DNA of 64,000 bases from Felis catus (lineage: Eukaryota). Every line of letters starts with the position of its first letter. Within the stretch, counting starts at the first letter, position 1. The notes under the pieces are model-generated. The model was not told the origin of the DNA. It saw only the letters and a program-made list of their open reading frames with translations, and did no database searches. The translations under genes were made by a program, and so were the position numbers. The stretch covers positions 116,190,001-116,254,000 of the forward strand of contig NC_058373.1 of assembly GCF_018350175.1 (NCBI RefSeq), in the 5' to 3' direction. Shown piece by piece: positions 40,049 through 54,560 of the stretch.

Positions 40049-41340
40049 CTAAACTGTGGTTTTAAATTCTATTTTGCTTATTACTGATGGAGTTGAACAT
40101 GTTTTCATGTGTTGTTTTTATCATATCTTTTTCTGTTAGGTCTGTCTGTTGTCCTTTATTTTCATTGGTTTGTTTGCCTCTTTGTTACTGATTTTATACA
40201 TCTTTATTCTTTATATATTACATATGTACTTATACATAAATATACACATACGTATGCCTACATAATAATACATGTTCTAATGTATCTTCTAATTTGTAGG
40301 TTGTCTTTTCACTCAGTTTATAGTGTCTCTCAAACAGAAGTTCTTAATTTTAATTTATCAGTCCTTTATATTGTATACTTTGAGAATCATGCTTAAGAAA
40401 TATCCTAAGGTCATAAAGGTTTTCTTTTATATTCTAAAATTTTTAAAGTTTTGCTCTTTATGTTAAAATCTTTAATCTGTCAGTTTAAGAACTTAAGATG
40501 TGATGAATCTCTATGTAAAACACATAGTTCATATGTTTGAATACCCATTAAGGCTGTGAAGCCAAAAGTTTGGTAAACATTGTCTTAAATAATAAGGTAG
40601 TTGCAATAGTGGAAAGAGAAAATAAACATAGAAAGTGTTTTTACATTAATGATAGCTATTCTAAGAGATTTGTTAAAATATTTTTTTTCACAGCCTTGGT
40701 TGACCTCCGTTGTGGGTGATGGTCTGCCATTCTGATAACCTTTTTAGTTATAGACCACTGATTTCCGACTGAACTGGTCAGAATACTTGAGTGCAACTAC
40801 AAGAGTAAGCAAATCTCTCAAAACAAGAAGTTAATCATAACATAATAGAACTGAAAAACTACCCAGCTTGTCTGTTTGCATATTACAACTTTTCAATACA
40901 TAAAATGTGTGAGCTGCAGAGACACTGAAGATGTATAAGAAGAGCACCTGAGGTCCGTGATGACTGTGCACGTCTTGATCGTGAGCTTGCAGTGCTGTGA
41001 CTTTCTGGTAATTCAGTGAGGGCCTTGTTTATCCATCAGTGTTATGCCACCTGCTACCCCATCTTCATTTTCTGCTGTCCACTGTTTGTGGTATCTTAAG
41101 GAAGAAGTAAAACCAGCCTTCCCACGTAAGCAATTTATACTTGGAGATAGACCTTGGAGTGAACGTAAAATAGACTTTTATTATCAGAGAGCAGTTAATG
41201 GGCTTGGTTGCATCAGCATTAACTTGAAGATAACATCTGTGATAAAGTAGTCTAACTTAGGACAAAACATGACCTTTGAAAATATTAAAGTATTGTTTGT
41301 TATGAAACATAATTAACCTTAAGTCAATAAGTACCTGCCA

Positions 41341-43395
41341 GGAGTGCCTGGCTGGCTCATTCAGTAGAGCATGTGATTCTTGATCTCTGGGTGGTGAGTT
41401 CAAGCCCCATGTTGGGTGTGGAGCCTACTTTAAAAACTAAATAAATAAAGGGGCGCCTGTGTGGCTCAGTCGGTTAAGCATCCGACTTTGGTTCAGGTCA
41501 CGATCTAGTGGTTCTTGAGTTCAAGCCCTACGTCGGGCTCTGTGCTGACAGCTTGGAGCCTGGAGCCTGCTTCGGATTCTGTCTCCTTGTCTTTCGGTCC
41601 CTCCCCCACTTGTGCTCTATCAAAAATAAATAAGTGTAAAAAAAATTTTTTTTAAACCTAAATAAATAAAAAATAAAATAAAAAGCAAACTTAAAATATT
41701 TAAAAAATATATTATGATACATTTATGATCATACTGATACTGTCCGCTGGGCTGGAGTCAGCAGAGAGCCCAGTGAAGTAATCTAAGTTAAGTAGAAGAA
41801 CAAGTTTACATAAAGTCACACAACAGCCCAGTGTGTGTCCATGCATTTTTATCCCTCCTGGGAAAAGTGGAACTGATAGAACAGCTGTCCTCTGTCACCT
41901 AGAAGCCTCCAGCGTAACCATTGATGGGGCTTAAACATTGAAACCACGGGGTGTAAAATAAATGGATAACTTTTGTAGTTAGAGTAGAAAATACAAGTGT
42001 TCATTATCTGATACTGGTTTCTGGTATGAAATGGTCACTTAAATTTTTATTTCACTTTGTCTTTTCACTGTTCAGTGTTTTTTAAAAAGAAATTCTGTCC
42101 TTATCCTGTGCATTTAGTATGTTTCTTGGCATTTAGTCATGTGCTACTGCTAGCGGTATAACAGTAGGGAGAGAGTTTATTTCAATCTGTTTTAGCGGTC
42201 GTAATCTTTGACTCTTTGTAGAGGCAGACACAATAGACCATTCAGTATTAAGGTATCTCTTTTCTCTTTTCCCATTTGGAGGGGCCATTAACATTTCCAC
42301 TGAATTTACTACTCTGAGTAACAATCGTGAACTTGTTCTCTTTCAATCCACTTAATTAATATAATCAATAATTTTTATCTTAATTTGGGCTATGATGAAT
42401 AATGATGGAATTCTGACTTACTTTGCATTGACACTTTACATTTAAAATGGAATTGGTATTGGTGTATACTTAAACATGCAGTGACACAGGCATGAGAAGT
42501 CTTGGTTAATTTTGTTACTAAGATGAGTAATCTTGGCTAAGTCTTTCAAAGTTAGTAGGTCTCAGTTTTCTGTCTGAAAATGAAGGTGTTAAACTAAATG
42601 ATTACCAAGAACTATAATTCTTATGTGAACATCTTGTATAGAAACCAGCATTATGCAGAACTTTTGTAAATACTGTAAGTAGTATATGTGTCTGTATGTG
42701 TTTCTCTGTTTGAAATTGTTTTGTCAGTTTAAGTATGTGTATTTTCTGCTCAGAAAAGGTTATTCGGGATTTTTTGTTTTTTGTCTTTTTACAAAAATTA
42801 AATTTATTAAAGTTATAAATTAAAACAGTTTCACACTCAAATTGAACCCATTTTTAACAACTATGTTTGGGAGTTTGGTTTTTGTTTTTTTTTTTTTTTT
42901 AATACAGCTTAAGACTCCTTTAATTTAAATTGTACTTAATGGGGGCATCTGGATGGCTCAGTAGGTTAAACTCTTGATTTCAACTCAGGTCATGATCTCA
43001 CTCTTGATTTTGGCTCAGGTCCAATGTTTCTCACTGTTTGTGAGATCGAATCCTCAGTCAGGCTCTGTGCTGTCAGCATGGAGCTTGCTTGGGATTTTCT
43101 CTCTCCCTCTTTCTCTCTCCCTCTGCCACTTGTACGGGCTCACTGTCTCTAAATAAGCAAACAAACAAACATTAAATACATTTTTCAACTTAAAATCATA
43201 AGCCTAGGGGCATCTGGATGGCTCAGTTGGTTAAGTGTCCGATTCTTGGTTTTGGCTCAGGTCATGATCTCGCAGTTTGTGGGATCAAGCCCTGCATCAC
43301 CCTCTTGGGATTCTGTCTCTCCTTCTCTCTCTGCCCCTCGCCTGCTCTCTTTCTCTCAAAATAAACAAACAAACAAACAAACAAACTTAAAAAAA
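41341..43395 (+). mobile_element. Four sense CAN-SINEs upstream of exon 2 (41341-41430, 41450-41690, 42941-43175, 43207-43395)
   Basis: Consensus heads on + strand; last has an aaaatcataagccta TSD. Confidence 0.88.
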
Positions 43396-43632
43396 TCATA
43401 AGCCTAAATCAGTCATTCAGTGACATTTAAATTGGGATCACAGGTTCAATTTTTTTAGATAGATACGCTAAAATGAAGGCTTTCTTATTCCAAGTTTTAA
43501 AAATACCAAACTTATACCTATTATGCCCATTTACAACTCAAAAGTAGTATACTGTGGGCTTGATTTAATTTTATTTTCCTTTCCCAATTACATCCCACAC
43601 TCTTTCCTTTTTTCTCCCCACCCCAAATAACT

Positions 43633-43664
<32 letters not shown>

Positions 43665-44352
43665 CTTTTATTATGTTTGTATTGTAAACCTACCTGGTTC
43701 ACCAGGACCTTTTTTAGTTTCACCATCTCAAGCAATTCGAAGTTATCTTTCTAAGCAAGTTTGGAACCATGTTGTCAGATGACTGAGGTTAAACCTTATA
43801 AAATCTAGAGCTACAGACACCGGAGTGATTTGTGTTTCATTTAAGTGGGCATAAGTAGAACCTCGTTATATAGTCTCTGCCAGCAGTGACTCTTGAGGCC
43901 ATGCCTCCCAAGTGGGGTGGCCTCCACACCTGTCACCCCTGGAGACAGGTCCACACCAGTGGATCCTCAGGTCTGACAGGTCTGCAGTCTTCATGCCCAG
44001 GAAGCATTGGAGTTTTTTCAGTTAATCTGTTTTTTTGCTTGATTCTGTTCTGTATTCTTTTATTTGTCAGGCTACAGTTTGTAAGTGTATTAAAAGAAAA
44101 CCTATTTGGATTTTGCACGTCTCCCATGTCTTATCTGTGTTTACAGTCCTAGTTCAAAGGTTTTTCTTCTAACAGTTCTAACTAGAACAGCTTTGTAGAG
44201 CCCAAAGAATGTTTATATCCTAAACAAAGTTACAGAGGGCACATAAACAGGGCTTCTATATCTGGACCACATTCCTGTCTTACTCGTGTATTATGTAATG
44301 TGATATTTAACTCTCCAATTGTATCATAAGCTTTTTGGCATGGACTTTATAC

Positions 44353-44670
44353 TACGCTCTCCAGTGGAAATGTAACGCAGGCCACATATGTAATTTAAAA
44401 TTTTCTAGTAGCCACATTAAAAATAAGTAAAAAGGAACAGATGAAAACAAGTTTAATAATGTACTTTATTTAACCTAGTATAATCTGAATGCTATTTCAA
44501 CACGTAACCAATGTAAAAATTATTGAGATATTTTACATTCTTTTTTCTCATACTGAATCATCAAAGTCCATTGCTATTTTATTCTTAGTGCCCATCTCAG
44601 TTCAGACAAACCATATTTCAAATACTCAGTAGCTGCATGTAGCTGGTGGCTGTGGTTTTGGGCAGTGCTG
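44353..44670. mobile_element. MER33-like hAT-Charlie MITE
   Basis: gccacatatgtaatttaaaattttctagtagccacattaaaa motif; ends ...gggcagtgctg. Confidence 0.8.
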
Positions 44671-44773
44671 TCTTATACTTTTGCAACTTAATTCTAGTAA
44701 CATAATTGTTGCTTTGTGTGTGTCATTTTACTTACAGATTTCTCTAATTGAATAAAACATACGATATTTTTAA

Positions 44774-45013
<240 letters not shown>

Positions 45014-46005
45014 TGAGGAAAACTCCTGCCACTCCGTTTTTACACTGCATGTGTACAGTGATGTGATGATTGTGTTGTGCCTCTGCTCTGATATGTGGTT
45101 TTAAGGCAGTGTTCGATCTTACCACCAGATCTTCCCGTTATATTAGAGGTATAATGACAGGTACAGATTGTCGCATTAGACCCCAGCAAAGCTAATTGGC
45201 ATATCTGGGGGATTAAATATGGCCTTATTACTAATAGCATGCTATACCAGTTATAACTTAAAAATATTTTATTCACACCAAAGACCAAAACCAATGAAAA
45301 ACAGTGTAAGGAAATAATAAAGCATGGCTTGTAAATCTTAGCATTTATATTGAATTTATATATATAAATTAAATGTATACATATCTTAAGCAAATTGTGA
45401 CATTTTCCTTGACATTTATAATCTGCAACTTTTACTTAATCTATTGTAAATATTTTTCAATGATATATTCTCACTGTGGCAACTTAGCTGTTTCTTCCCT
45501 CCATCTTTTCGTAACTGACCTCTTAGGATTCAATTTTGTATAGCTGTCACCTTCTCCTGGGGGTTTTCTTTCTCCATCCCAGTTCAGTATTCCTCCTATG
45601 GCTCTCAGTCACATTCTCTTCAATACCTTGGCCTCATCCCCTTTCTCGTGTTGACTGAAGGATTTACTTTATCCACAGTCAAAAGTTTATTGTGACTTCA
45701 TAGAAATGATAGGTACCACTAATATAGGTCTTCAAAAAACAGTGTATGAACACTTGACATATGTAATAGTCCTCAAAACAATTCTGTGAGGTAGGTGCTC
45801 TTATTACTCCTGATTTTTAGATGTAGAAACTAGGGTGTGAAAGATGAAATATTCCAGGGAATCAGATCTGAAGTCCATGTTTTTAACCAATCTGTCATGT
45901 TTCCACTCAGTATAATATGAAAAGTGAGTACTCATTTTTTAAGAAAGGTGATGCTTCTCTTTTCCAGTGCATCGAAAGCCTTTGTTTATTCCTTTAAAAA
46001 AAATG

Positions 46006-48372
46006 TTTTTTTAAATGTTTATTTTTGAGAGACTGAGAGACAGAGCGCAAGCGAGGGAGGGGCAGAGAGAGAGAGGGAGACACAGAATCCGAAGCAGGCT
46101 CCACTCTCCGAGCTGTCAGCACAGAGCCCGACGCGGGGCTCGAACCCACGAACCATGAGATCATGATCTGAGCCCAAGTCAGATGCTTAACCTACTGAGC
46201 CACCCAGGTGCCCCTGTTTATCCCTTTTCAGTTACATTTTCTCTACCCCAACGTGATTATCCTGTGTGTTCATTGAGCAGATATTTTACTTCTGTAATAA
46301 TTTTGTTTATAGCACCAATCACTATCTGAAATTGCCTTACTTAATCATTTGTTTGCATTTGTAAGCTTCTTGAAGGTAGGGGCCTTGTTTTTCTTATGAA
46401 CTTCAGGTTCTAAATCAGAGCCTGTCACTGTACTTAGAAAATATTTGAAGTAGTGAAAGCATTTCTTTTGCAATATTTTAAAAAAATTTTTTTAAATGTT
46501 TATTTTTGAACAAGAGACACAGGGTGAGCAGGGGAGGGGCAGAGAGAGGGAGACACAGAATCCGAAGCAGGCTCCAGGCTCTGAGCTGTCAGCACAGAGC
46601 CTGACATGGGTTCAAATTCACGAGCAATGAGATCATGACCTGAGCCAAAGTTGGACGCTCAACCAACTGAGCCATCCAGACGCCCTCCATTTTTAAGTTT
46701 TTCATTGTATATTGTCAAATTCCAAAGATTTTACTTTATAGTTACTGTGACCAGCAATTTGAGGGCTGCTTTCTCTGCATTTTTGACAACATTGAGTATT
46801 TAGTATTTAGACAAAACTGTGGTAGATACCTCATTGTTTAATTTTAAGTTTTTGGATTACTAGTTAAATGGAGGTATTTTTCCTATGTTATTATTGTCAC
46901 TTATATTGTGTGACTGGTATACATTTCTATTAGTGGTTAGTTTCTTACTATTGATATGGAGAAAATATTTATGAAGGACATTCTTTACATTTTGTGTAAA
47001 ATACTTTTTTCAGTTTATAGCATTTTTTTTTTTAATTTATATGTCACAGTTTATTTTTGTGTGTTCTCTTCTGTGAATGTTTATTAGTTCTGCCTTTGAT
47101 TTCAAATTGTGGAACATTTTTTCTTCCTCCATATAACATAAGTGTGTACCTGTGTCTACTTTCAGCATTTTTTGTTTTTTAGTTTTTTTAATGTTAATGT
47201 TTTATTTATTTATTTTAAGACAGAGAGAAACAGAGCATGAGTAGGGATGGGGCAGAGAGAGAGGGAGACACAGAATCTGAAGCAGGTTCCAGGCTCTGAG
47301 CTGTCAGCACAGAGCCCAACGTGGGGCTCAAACTCACGAACTGTGAGATCATGACCTGAGCCAAAGTCAGATGCTCAACTGACTGAGCCACCTGGGCGCC
47401 CCCAGCATTTTTCTTTTTATAATGTTTATTTATTTTTGAGAGAGGCAGAGACAGAGTATGAGCGGGGGAGGGACAGAGAGGGAGACACAGAATCTGAAGC
47501 AGGCTCCAGGCTCTGAGCTGTCAGCACAGAGCCCGACGTGGGGCTTGAACTCATGAACCGCGAGATCATGATCTGAGCTGAAGTTGGACATGTAAATCGT
47601 CTGAGCCACCCAGGTGCCCTTCCTTTCAGCATTTTTATAATTTTATTTTTCATTCTTTTTTTTTTTTTTTCCTCAACATTTTTATTTATTTTTGGGACAG
47701 AGAGAGACAGAGCATGAACGGGGGAGGGGCAGAGAGAGAGGGAGACACAGAACCGGAAACAGGCTCCAGGCTCTGAGCCATCAGCCCAGAGCCTGACGCG
47801 GGGCTCAAACTCACGGAGTGCAAGATCGTGACCTGGCTGAAGTCGGACGCTTAACTGACTGCGCCACCCAGGCGCCCCTATTTTTCATTCTTAAATTGAA
47901 GTCAAGCTAAAAAAATTCTGGTGGTTTTTTTTGGTTTTGTTTTTTAGGTTAGTCCCAACACTATTGAGTGAATAATGCATTTTTCCCCCAGTAATTTTAA
48001 GTGTTTTCCTTTTCATTAGTATACTTATATATACTTATGTCAGATTCTGGGCTTTGTTTTCTGCCCCATTGCTCTCTTTCTGTTTTGTTTATGCCATAAT
48101 GCTTTTATGACTTACTAATATGCTTAATATTTAGTGGCATGAATCCCTTTTCAGTATTTTTATTTTTTTTTAATTTTAATTTAATTTATTGTTTTGAGTG
48201 GGGAGTGCAGAAAGAGAGAGAGAGAGAGAATGAGAGAATCCCAGAATCCCAAGCAGGCTCTATGCTCAGTGCAGAGCCCAACATGGGGCTCAGATCCCAC
48301 AACCAAGAGATCCTGACCTGAGCCAAAATTAAGAGTCGGACACTTAACTGACTGAGCCACCCAGGTGCCCCC
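46006..48372 (-). mobile_element. Six antisense CAN-SINEs downstream of exon 2 (46006-46214, 46488-46686, 47168-47403, 47408-47619, 47656-47878, 48155-48372)
   Basis: Consensus; 47656-47878 is the young SINEC_Fc type with a tatttttcattctt TSD. Confidence 0.9.
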
Positions 48373-48417
48373 TTGGTATTTTTCTACTTTAGTGTTATCT
48401 TGGTTCTTATGCATATA

Positions 48418-48773
48418 CAGCTGACCCCTGAACAATGAGGGAGTTTAGGCGCTAAACACCCTGCCTCATGTAGTCAAAAATACATGTATAACTTTTGACG
48501 TCCCTCACACCCCCCCCACTCTCCCAGCCCCCCTGCAAATTTACTACTAATAGCCTACTTTCCCTGGAAGCCTTACCGAGAACATAAACAGTCAACTAAA
48601 ACATATTCTGTATGTTGTATGTGCTATGTACTGTAGTCTTACAATAAAGTAAGCTAGAGAAAAAATATTATTAAAGTCATAAGAAAAATACAATTACAGT
48701 ACTGTAAAATGTAAAAAATCCACATATAGGTGGACCTTCACAGTTCAAACCTGTGAAGTACAGGGTTCACCGG
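48418..48773. mobile_element. Second Tigger2-derived MITE
   Basis: TA-cagctgacccctgaacaa start; internal sequence shared with 10442-10756. Confidence 0.8.
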
Positions 48774-49309
48774 TACTTAGTTTTCTGTGAGATGTCCCTT
48801 GTGTGCTTAGCCTCCAGAAAATTCTATTAGAATTTTGTTAAGTGTATTTAATATAGGGAGAAGTCAGCCTTTAAAATATGAAGACTTATCAGGGACATGG
48901 TGTATACGTCCAATTTTTCATTTGCCTTTTATGTCTCATATATGAATTTTTTCTTTTGGGGTGTATGTATTTTTTAAGTCTATTCTATTAGGAAATGCGT
49001 AACCTTGTATTATGGATAAACAAACCTGCACTTAACCTGCCAGGGCTTGAATCACTGCATGATTGTATGACCTTCGGGACTGACTTAAGCTTTTTATGCC
49101 TTGGCTTTCTCATCTGAATGATGAGGCAAATAACAGTACTGTATCATAGGATTATTATAAGAATGAATGAAAGATAATATATGTAAAACATTTAGAACCA
49201 TTCCTGATACAGTTAGCTCCTGATACAGTAATTGTTAGCTCCTATTTTTTCTGGATATATGTTTTTAATTCCTTTTGTTAATGAATTATTTTTCCTTTTT
49301 TTTAGTTTA

Positions 49310-51330
49310 AAAAATTTTATTGTGAAATGTATGTATTTCTAAACACGTTATCAATCATATTGTTCAATATAATTTAGGGAATAATATTAAGTGACTACTT
49401 GATTCCCCACCACACAACTTAAGAAATAGGATATTATACAAATACCATACAGGCCTTCATGCAGTTCTTTCCCATTTCGTTCTATTCTTATTCCTTTAAG
49501 AGTGACCATTATCTTGAATTTTGTGTTAATAACTCCCTTGACTTTCTTTATCATTGTGTAGTCTTTGTAGATATTATTAAACATATATTTTATCTGCCTT
49601 GGGGTATCCTTAAGTGAATAATACTGTATGTCTTTTCTCTGCAAGGGGCTTTTTTGTGCCAAATACTGTGTTTTATAGGCTTATTCATGTGGATGCTTAT
49701 AGTCATCATTTATTCCTGCTTGCTTTTGCATACTCCAGTAAACAGGAATAGACTACAATTTGTCCATTTTACTTATCCATGTGTTCTGAAAACACATTGT
49801 TGTGTGTGTTTCTTGGTACACATGTATGTATCTAGTGAACATAAGCTGGTTTATAGGGTATTTTCATGTTCAGTTTTAGTAGATAATTCCAGCCTGTTAG
49901 CCAAAACGTTTGTACCAGTTTACACTCCCATCATTAGTATGTGAAAGTCCTACTTGTTGCATGTCCTCATCAATATTCGATATTAATTAGTAAGTTTTAA
50001 AACTTTGCCATTCCAGTAAGTGTGAAAGGTGTCTCATTGGGACTTTCTGATTACTAATGAGGTTGAACATCTTACCATATATATTTGGTCCGGGTAGCTT
50101 TTCTGTTCTTTTCCATTGTCCATTCGCATCTTGTTTCATTTTTCTTTGGAGTTGTCTTTTTCTTATTGAATAATAGGAGCTTTTGAAATATATTCACGGT
50201 ACACTACTTTATTGGTTACATACATTACAGACATCTTCTCCCACTTTGTGGCTTGCTGTTTTGCTTTCCTTAAGGAGTCTTAAGATTATCATATATCCTT
50301 TAAGATTTATCATTTTTTTGGTAATCAGCACTTTTGTGTCTTAAGAACTTATTTCCTACAGGAAGATCAGAAATATATTCTCTTATATTCTCCTTTAAAA
50401 GTTTACATTTCTTTTGTTTTCTCATTTGAACAAATTATTTTAATTGGTAGTGTCAGGTAGGGATTCAAGACTTATTTATGAATAACTGGTTTAATCAGTA
50501 TTTGTTAAGCAGACTGTCTTTTCCTTGGTGATCTGCAGTACTCTGTCATAAGTTAAATTTCCATATATGGTGGGTATGTTTCTGGCCTCTCTTTTCTGTC
50601 CTGTTGATCTGGTTCTCTATGCTGTGCCGTTACCACACTATCCCAGTTACTGTAGCTTCATAATATAACTTTTGATAATTGGTGGGGGGCAGACCTCCTC
50701 CTTTGTTCTTTTTCAGGAGTGACTTTTATTCTTGGCTCTTTGTTTTTGAAATAAAATGTATGGTCTGCTGGGCAAAGTCTACAAGAACTTAAGATTTTTA
50801 TTCTTTTGCTGAGAATCATTATCTTTACAATAGCAAATCACCATTTATTTAATCTTCTTTAATATCTTTCAATAAAGATTTATCATTGCTCCATTAAAAG
50901 GCTTGCATAGCTTTTGTTAAATTTGCCAAATTATTTTACAGCTTTTCTATTATAAAACTCCTTTATAATTACCTTTTAGTTCCCTTTAAATATAGCAGTT
51001 TACTTTTTTTTCCCCAATGTTTATTTATTTTTAAGACAGAGCACGAGTGGGGTAAGGACAGAGAGAGAGGGAGACACAGAATCCTGTGCTGTCAGCACAG
51101 AAGTTCGATGCGGGGCTTGAACCCATGAACCGTGAGATCTTGACCTGAGCCAAAGTTAAGATGCTCAACCGACTGAGCCACTCCCTATTTAACTTTTTCA
51201 TTGACTATGATTTCTAACACATTGTTAAAATGAAATAGTATTGGCTTACATCCTTGTCTTTTTCTAACCTTAAATAGTGTTTTTAAAGTTTCACCATTAA
51301 ATGAGATCTTTGTTGTAGATTTTTGTTCTT
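49310..51330 (-). mobile_element. Old L1M fragment with an internally deleted CAN-SINE (51017-51185)
   Basis: taccagtttacactccca and ctgattactaatgaggttgaacatc L1 motifs. Confidence 0.7.
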
Positions 51331-52362
51331 GATATGTTTTCCCCACCCTCCCACTTGGGACTTTCACATTCTGTTCTGAAGAGAAGAAATGAACAGGAAA
51401 ATACTTTATTTCCAGAGCCTGTCACTGTGCTTGATACAGTATAGTTGTCAATTTGTTGCATGACTGAATGACTATAGTAGGACTACTTGAGCCTTATGGT
51501 TTTCATTGGCTCTGGGATAGCAGTTCAAAATGCTTATTAAATCTTTATCTTAGAAAAAGAGTCAAAGTCATTAATGTTTGTATTACACTTCTAATGTTTC
51601 ACATTGGATTCCAATACGATTTCAGGACTGGAATACAAGTATATTGGAGACCATATTTTCTGTTTCTCATGGCCGTAACGCTTGAAATATTGTAAATTAA
51701 GGATCCATTTAAACTGTAGGTAAATTTTAGGCTAAAGTGTTTGAAGATTTATTTTGTTTAAGGATTTTGTTTTTATTATATTTTTATGAACATCATTGTA
51801 ATTTAGATTAGATTTGTAAATTTAGTACTGAAATGGTACTGTGAAGTTTTTGATTAAAGCCTGAGCAATTAATGATACTAATAACCAACAAATTAGTTTG
51901 TGAAGTCTCCTTTATAATTCAGATTAGACCCCTTCTGCTTTTCTGCCTCTCCGTGTACCTGGTATTTTTTTTTTTTAACAGATGGGGAAATTAAGGCATA
52001 AAGGTAGAGATTCCCTGAATTTGGTGTATTGCTTACTGCAGTAGACCACTTTGCCTCTGTGAGAATTGTAAACTACTATACTTTCCAGGTATGTGCTGAA
52101 ATTGCCATTGCCGAAAATCTGCAAGTCTTGCTAATAAAGAAAACTCTTACTCAGCCGTTTTGTGTGTTTAGCTATATTTAGGACAGCGACAGCTGGCTAA
52201 AAAAAAGTTCTACTTCTGAATTTGTAGAGAAGAGAGGTATAGTAATTTTGCTAGAGGATTATTTTGTTATAAAAATTGCTGTCCGTTTTTTCATTCATCC
52301 TTTTTGCTCCCTTCAATTCCTGCTTCTCTCTCTGTTTTGGCCATTGGGCATTTGTTCTGGAT

Positions 52363-52584
52363 CATTGTTTGTCAACTGGGGGCGATTTTACCCTTAAGGA
52401 CAAAGGGTCACATTTGGCAATATCTGGAGACATTTTTTGTTTATCACAACTGGGGAAATGCTGCTGGCATTTAGTGGGTAGAGGCCAGGGATGCTGCTAA
52501 CTGTCCTACAGTGCGCAAGATGGTCCCCCACAATCAAGAACCAAGTGGCCCAAAATGTCAGTAGTGCTGAGATTAAGAAATCTT
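52363..52584. mobile_element. MER20 hAT-Charlie MITE
   Basis: catttggcaatatctggagacatttt...gtgggtagaggccagggatgctgctaa motif. Confidence 0.85.
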
Positions 52585-53112
52585 TCTTTAGACAGTGGTG
52601 TTCATTTTTGGCTTTGAACTGGAAAGAGAACTTCAGTGCTTGTTTTTTGAAAGGCAAATATTGGTGTCTTAGAGTGGACTTCAAAGCTATACAGACAAGA
52701 TGTTCAGATCTTGTCTTAATTCTCACTGGCCATGAGAACCTACATTAAGGTGTGTGGGGGAAAAAGAACAGATATAACACATTGTAGAGTACTGTGTAAA
52801 TATTATTTGTATCCTCCTTTTCCACCTGAACTGCATATACCAGTGACTCAGCTTATGTCGTTTACTCCTCTGACAGGTTTTTACACCTTTTGGTTTTCAG
52901 TTTTTCATCTGTAAAACGAGGATAATTGTATTTATATTGTAGATTTTAGGAGGATATTCTGTGAGAAAATGCAAATAAAGCATGTGCCCCTGTGACTGGA
53001 ATGTACTAAGTACTTAATAAATATTTGCTTTTATTTATTTATAACAACTTTACCTTCAGATTGTAATCTTTTGTACCTATTGTCAGAAGTGGTATATAAA
53101 ACTAGGCAATAT

Positions 53113-53522
53113 TGTCCATCAGCTGATGAATGAGGAAACAAAATGTGTCCTGTCCAAACAATGCAGTATTATTAGGCCGTAAAAATATGAAGTACTGATA
53201 GTTGCTACAACTTGGAGTAACCTTGAACACATTATGCTAGGTGAAATAAGCCAGTCACAAAGACCACACGTATTATGATTCCATGTATATAAAATGTGCA
53301 AAATAGGCAACTCTAGAAAGACAGAAAACAGATTCCTAGCTATGTAAGGCTGGGGGTGGATGGGAAGGGGGGTGGGGAGGTAACGGTGAAGAGGTTTGTT
53401 AATAAGGTGGTACAAATGTTCTAAAATTAATAGTGGTGATAGTTGTATAAGTTGATGAATGTATTAGAAACTATTGATTTGCAGAGTTTAAATGGATGAA
53501 TTGAATGATAATGTGAATTGTT
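53113..53522 (+). mobile_element. L1MB 3' fragment
   Basis: tgtccatcagctgatgaatg and cattatgctaggtgaaataagccagtcaca motifs. Confidence 0.8.
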
Positions 53523-54089
53523 TACCGGTACAGTTGATGTATGTAAACTGGGCAAGATGAAGGCTCTCCATCCTTTCTCTGGGGTTGAATATTTGATTCC
53601 TTAATCCTCACCTTATGATTTCCATCTGCTCTCCATCTTCTGATTTCCGTGGGATGTGACTTAGAGAATGCATTCTGGTGGAGAGAACAGTGACATTGCT
53701 GGTTAGTCCTCCCCACTCATTCAGTGTGGTGATAGCGGTCTGTAAACCACTTACGATGTTGCCCAGTTAGCGGTTTCTCCTTCTGGCCTACATGTCTTGT
53801 ATGGATTGACACCAAACAGCTAACAAAGCTGAGCACGTTTCACTTTTTCCATGTCTGGACGTTTGCATGCTGAATTGGCTGTCACCTTTGTACCTGCGTT
53901 CCAGTATGTTTTATTTCTATACACGGATAGCAAGTTAGCTAATTTTCTTTAGTGAACATGATAGAGTTAGGAACCCATTAAGTAACCAGGGACAGGATGG
54001 TTATGAGACCATTAATAAAAATTTGCTAGAGTTTAAACAGCTGTAGTGATAAATACTTATTAAATGAAAGGTATACTGGCTAGTGAATT

Positions 54090-54560
54090 CTGTTTTGCCT
54101 GTATCTTTTGATCGCAGCTGTCAGAATACCTCATTGAAGTAGGCTTATGGGGATTTATGGCACACGTTACTGAAAAGTCTACGTGTGAGGGGTGTCTTCA
54201 AATTGGCAAGGTGCAGTTTCAGTCACTTCATGACCTGACTTATCTTTACCAGGCTGGGCTCCTTTTGTTCACTTGGTTTCTTAGCGTCTCCCCTTATGGT
54301 TATAAAATGGCTGCAGCAGCCCCAGGCCTTAAATCATCTCAGCATTAACACTAGCAGGTATAGAGAAATATCCTCTCTTAACAGTAGAACCCCCCCACCC
54401 CTGGCCTGATTCATACTAGCCTGAGTTGGGTCCTGTGCTTATTCTGGAACTAAGTTCTGTGAGCAAAAGAACGGAACGTGCTGATTGACTTTGGCCAGTG
54501 GTGCTCCCCCCCAAACCTGAGAGTATGTGGTTAACATTACCCAAAACCATATGAGAGTTT
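54090..54560 (-). mobile_element. MLT1-like MaLR LTR remnant
   Basis: aaaatggctgcagcagccccagg motif; degenerate. Confidence 0.5.
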
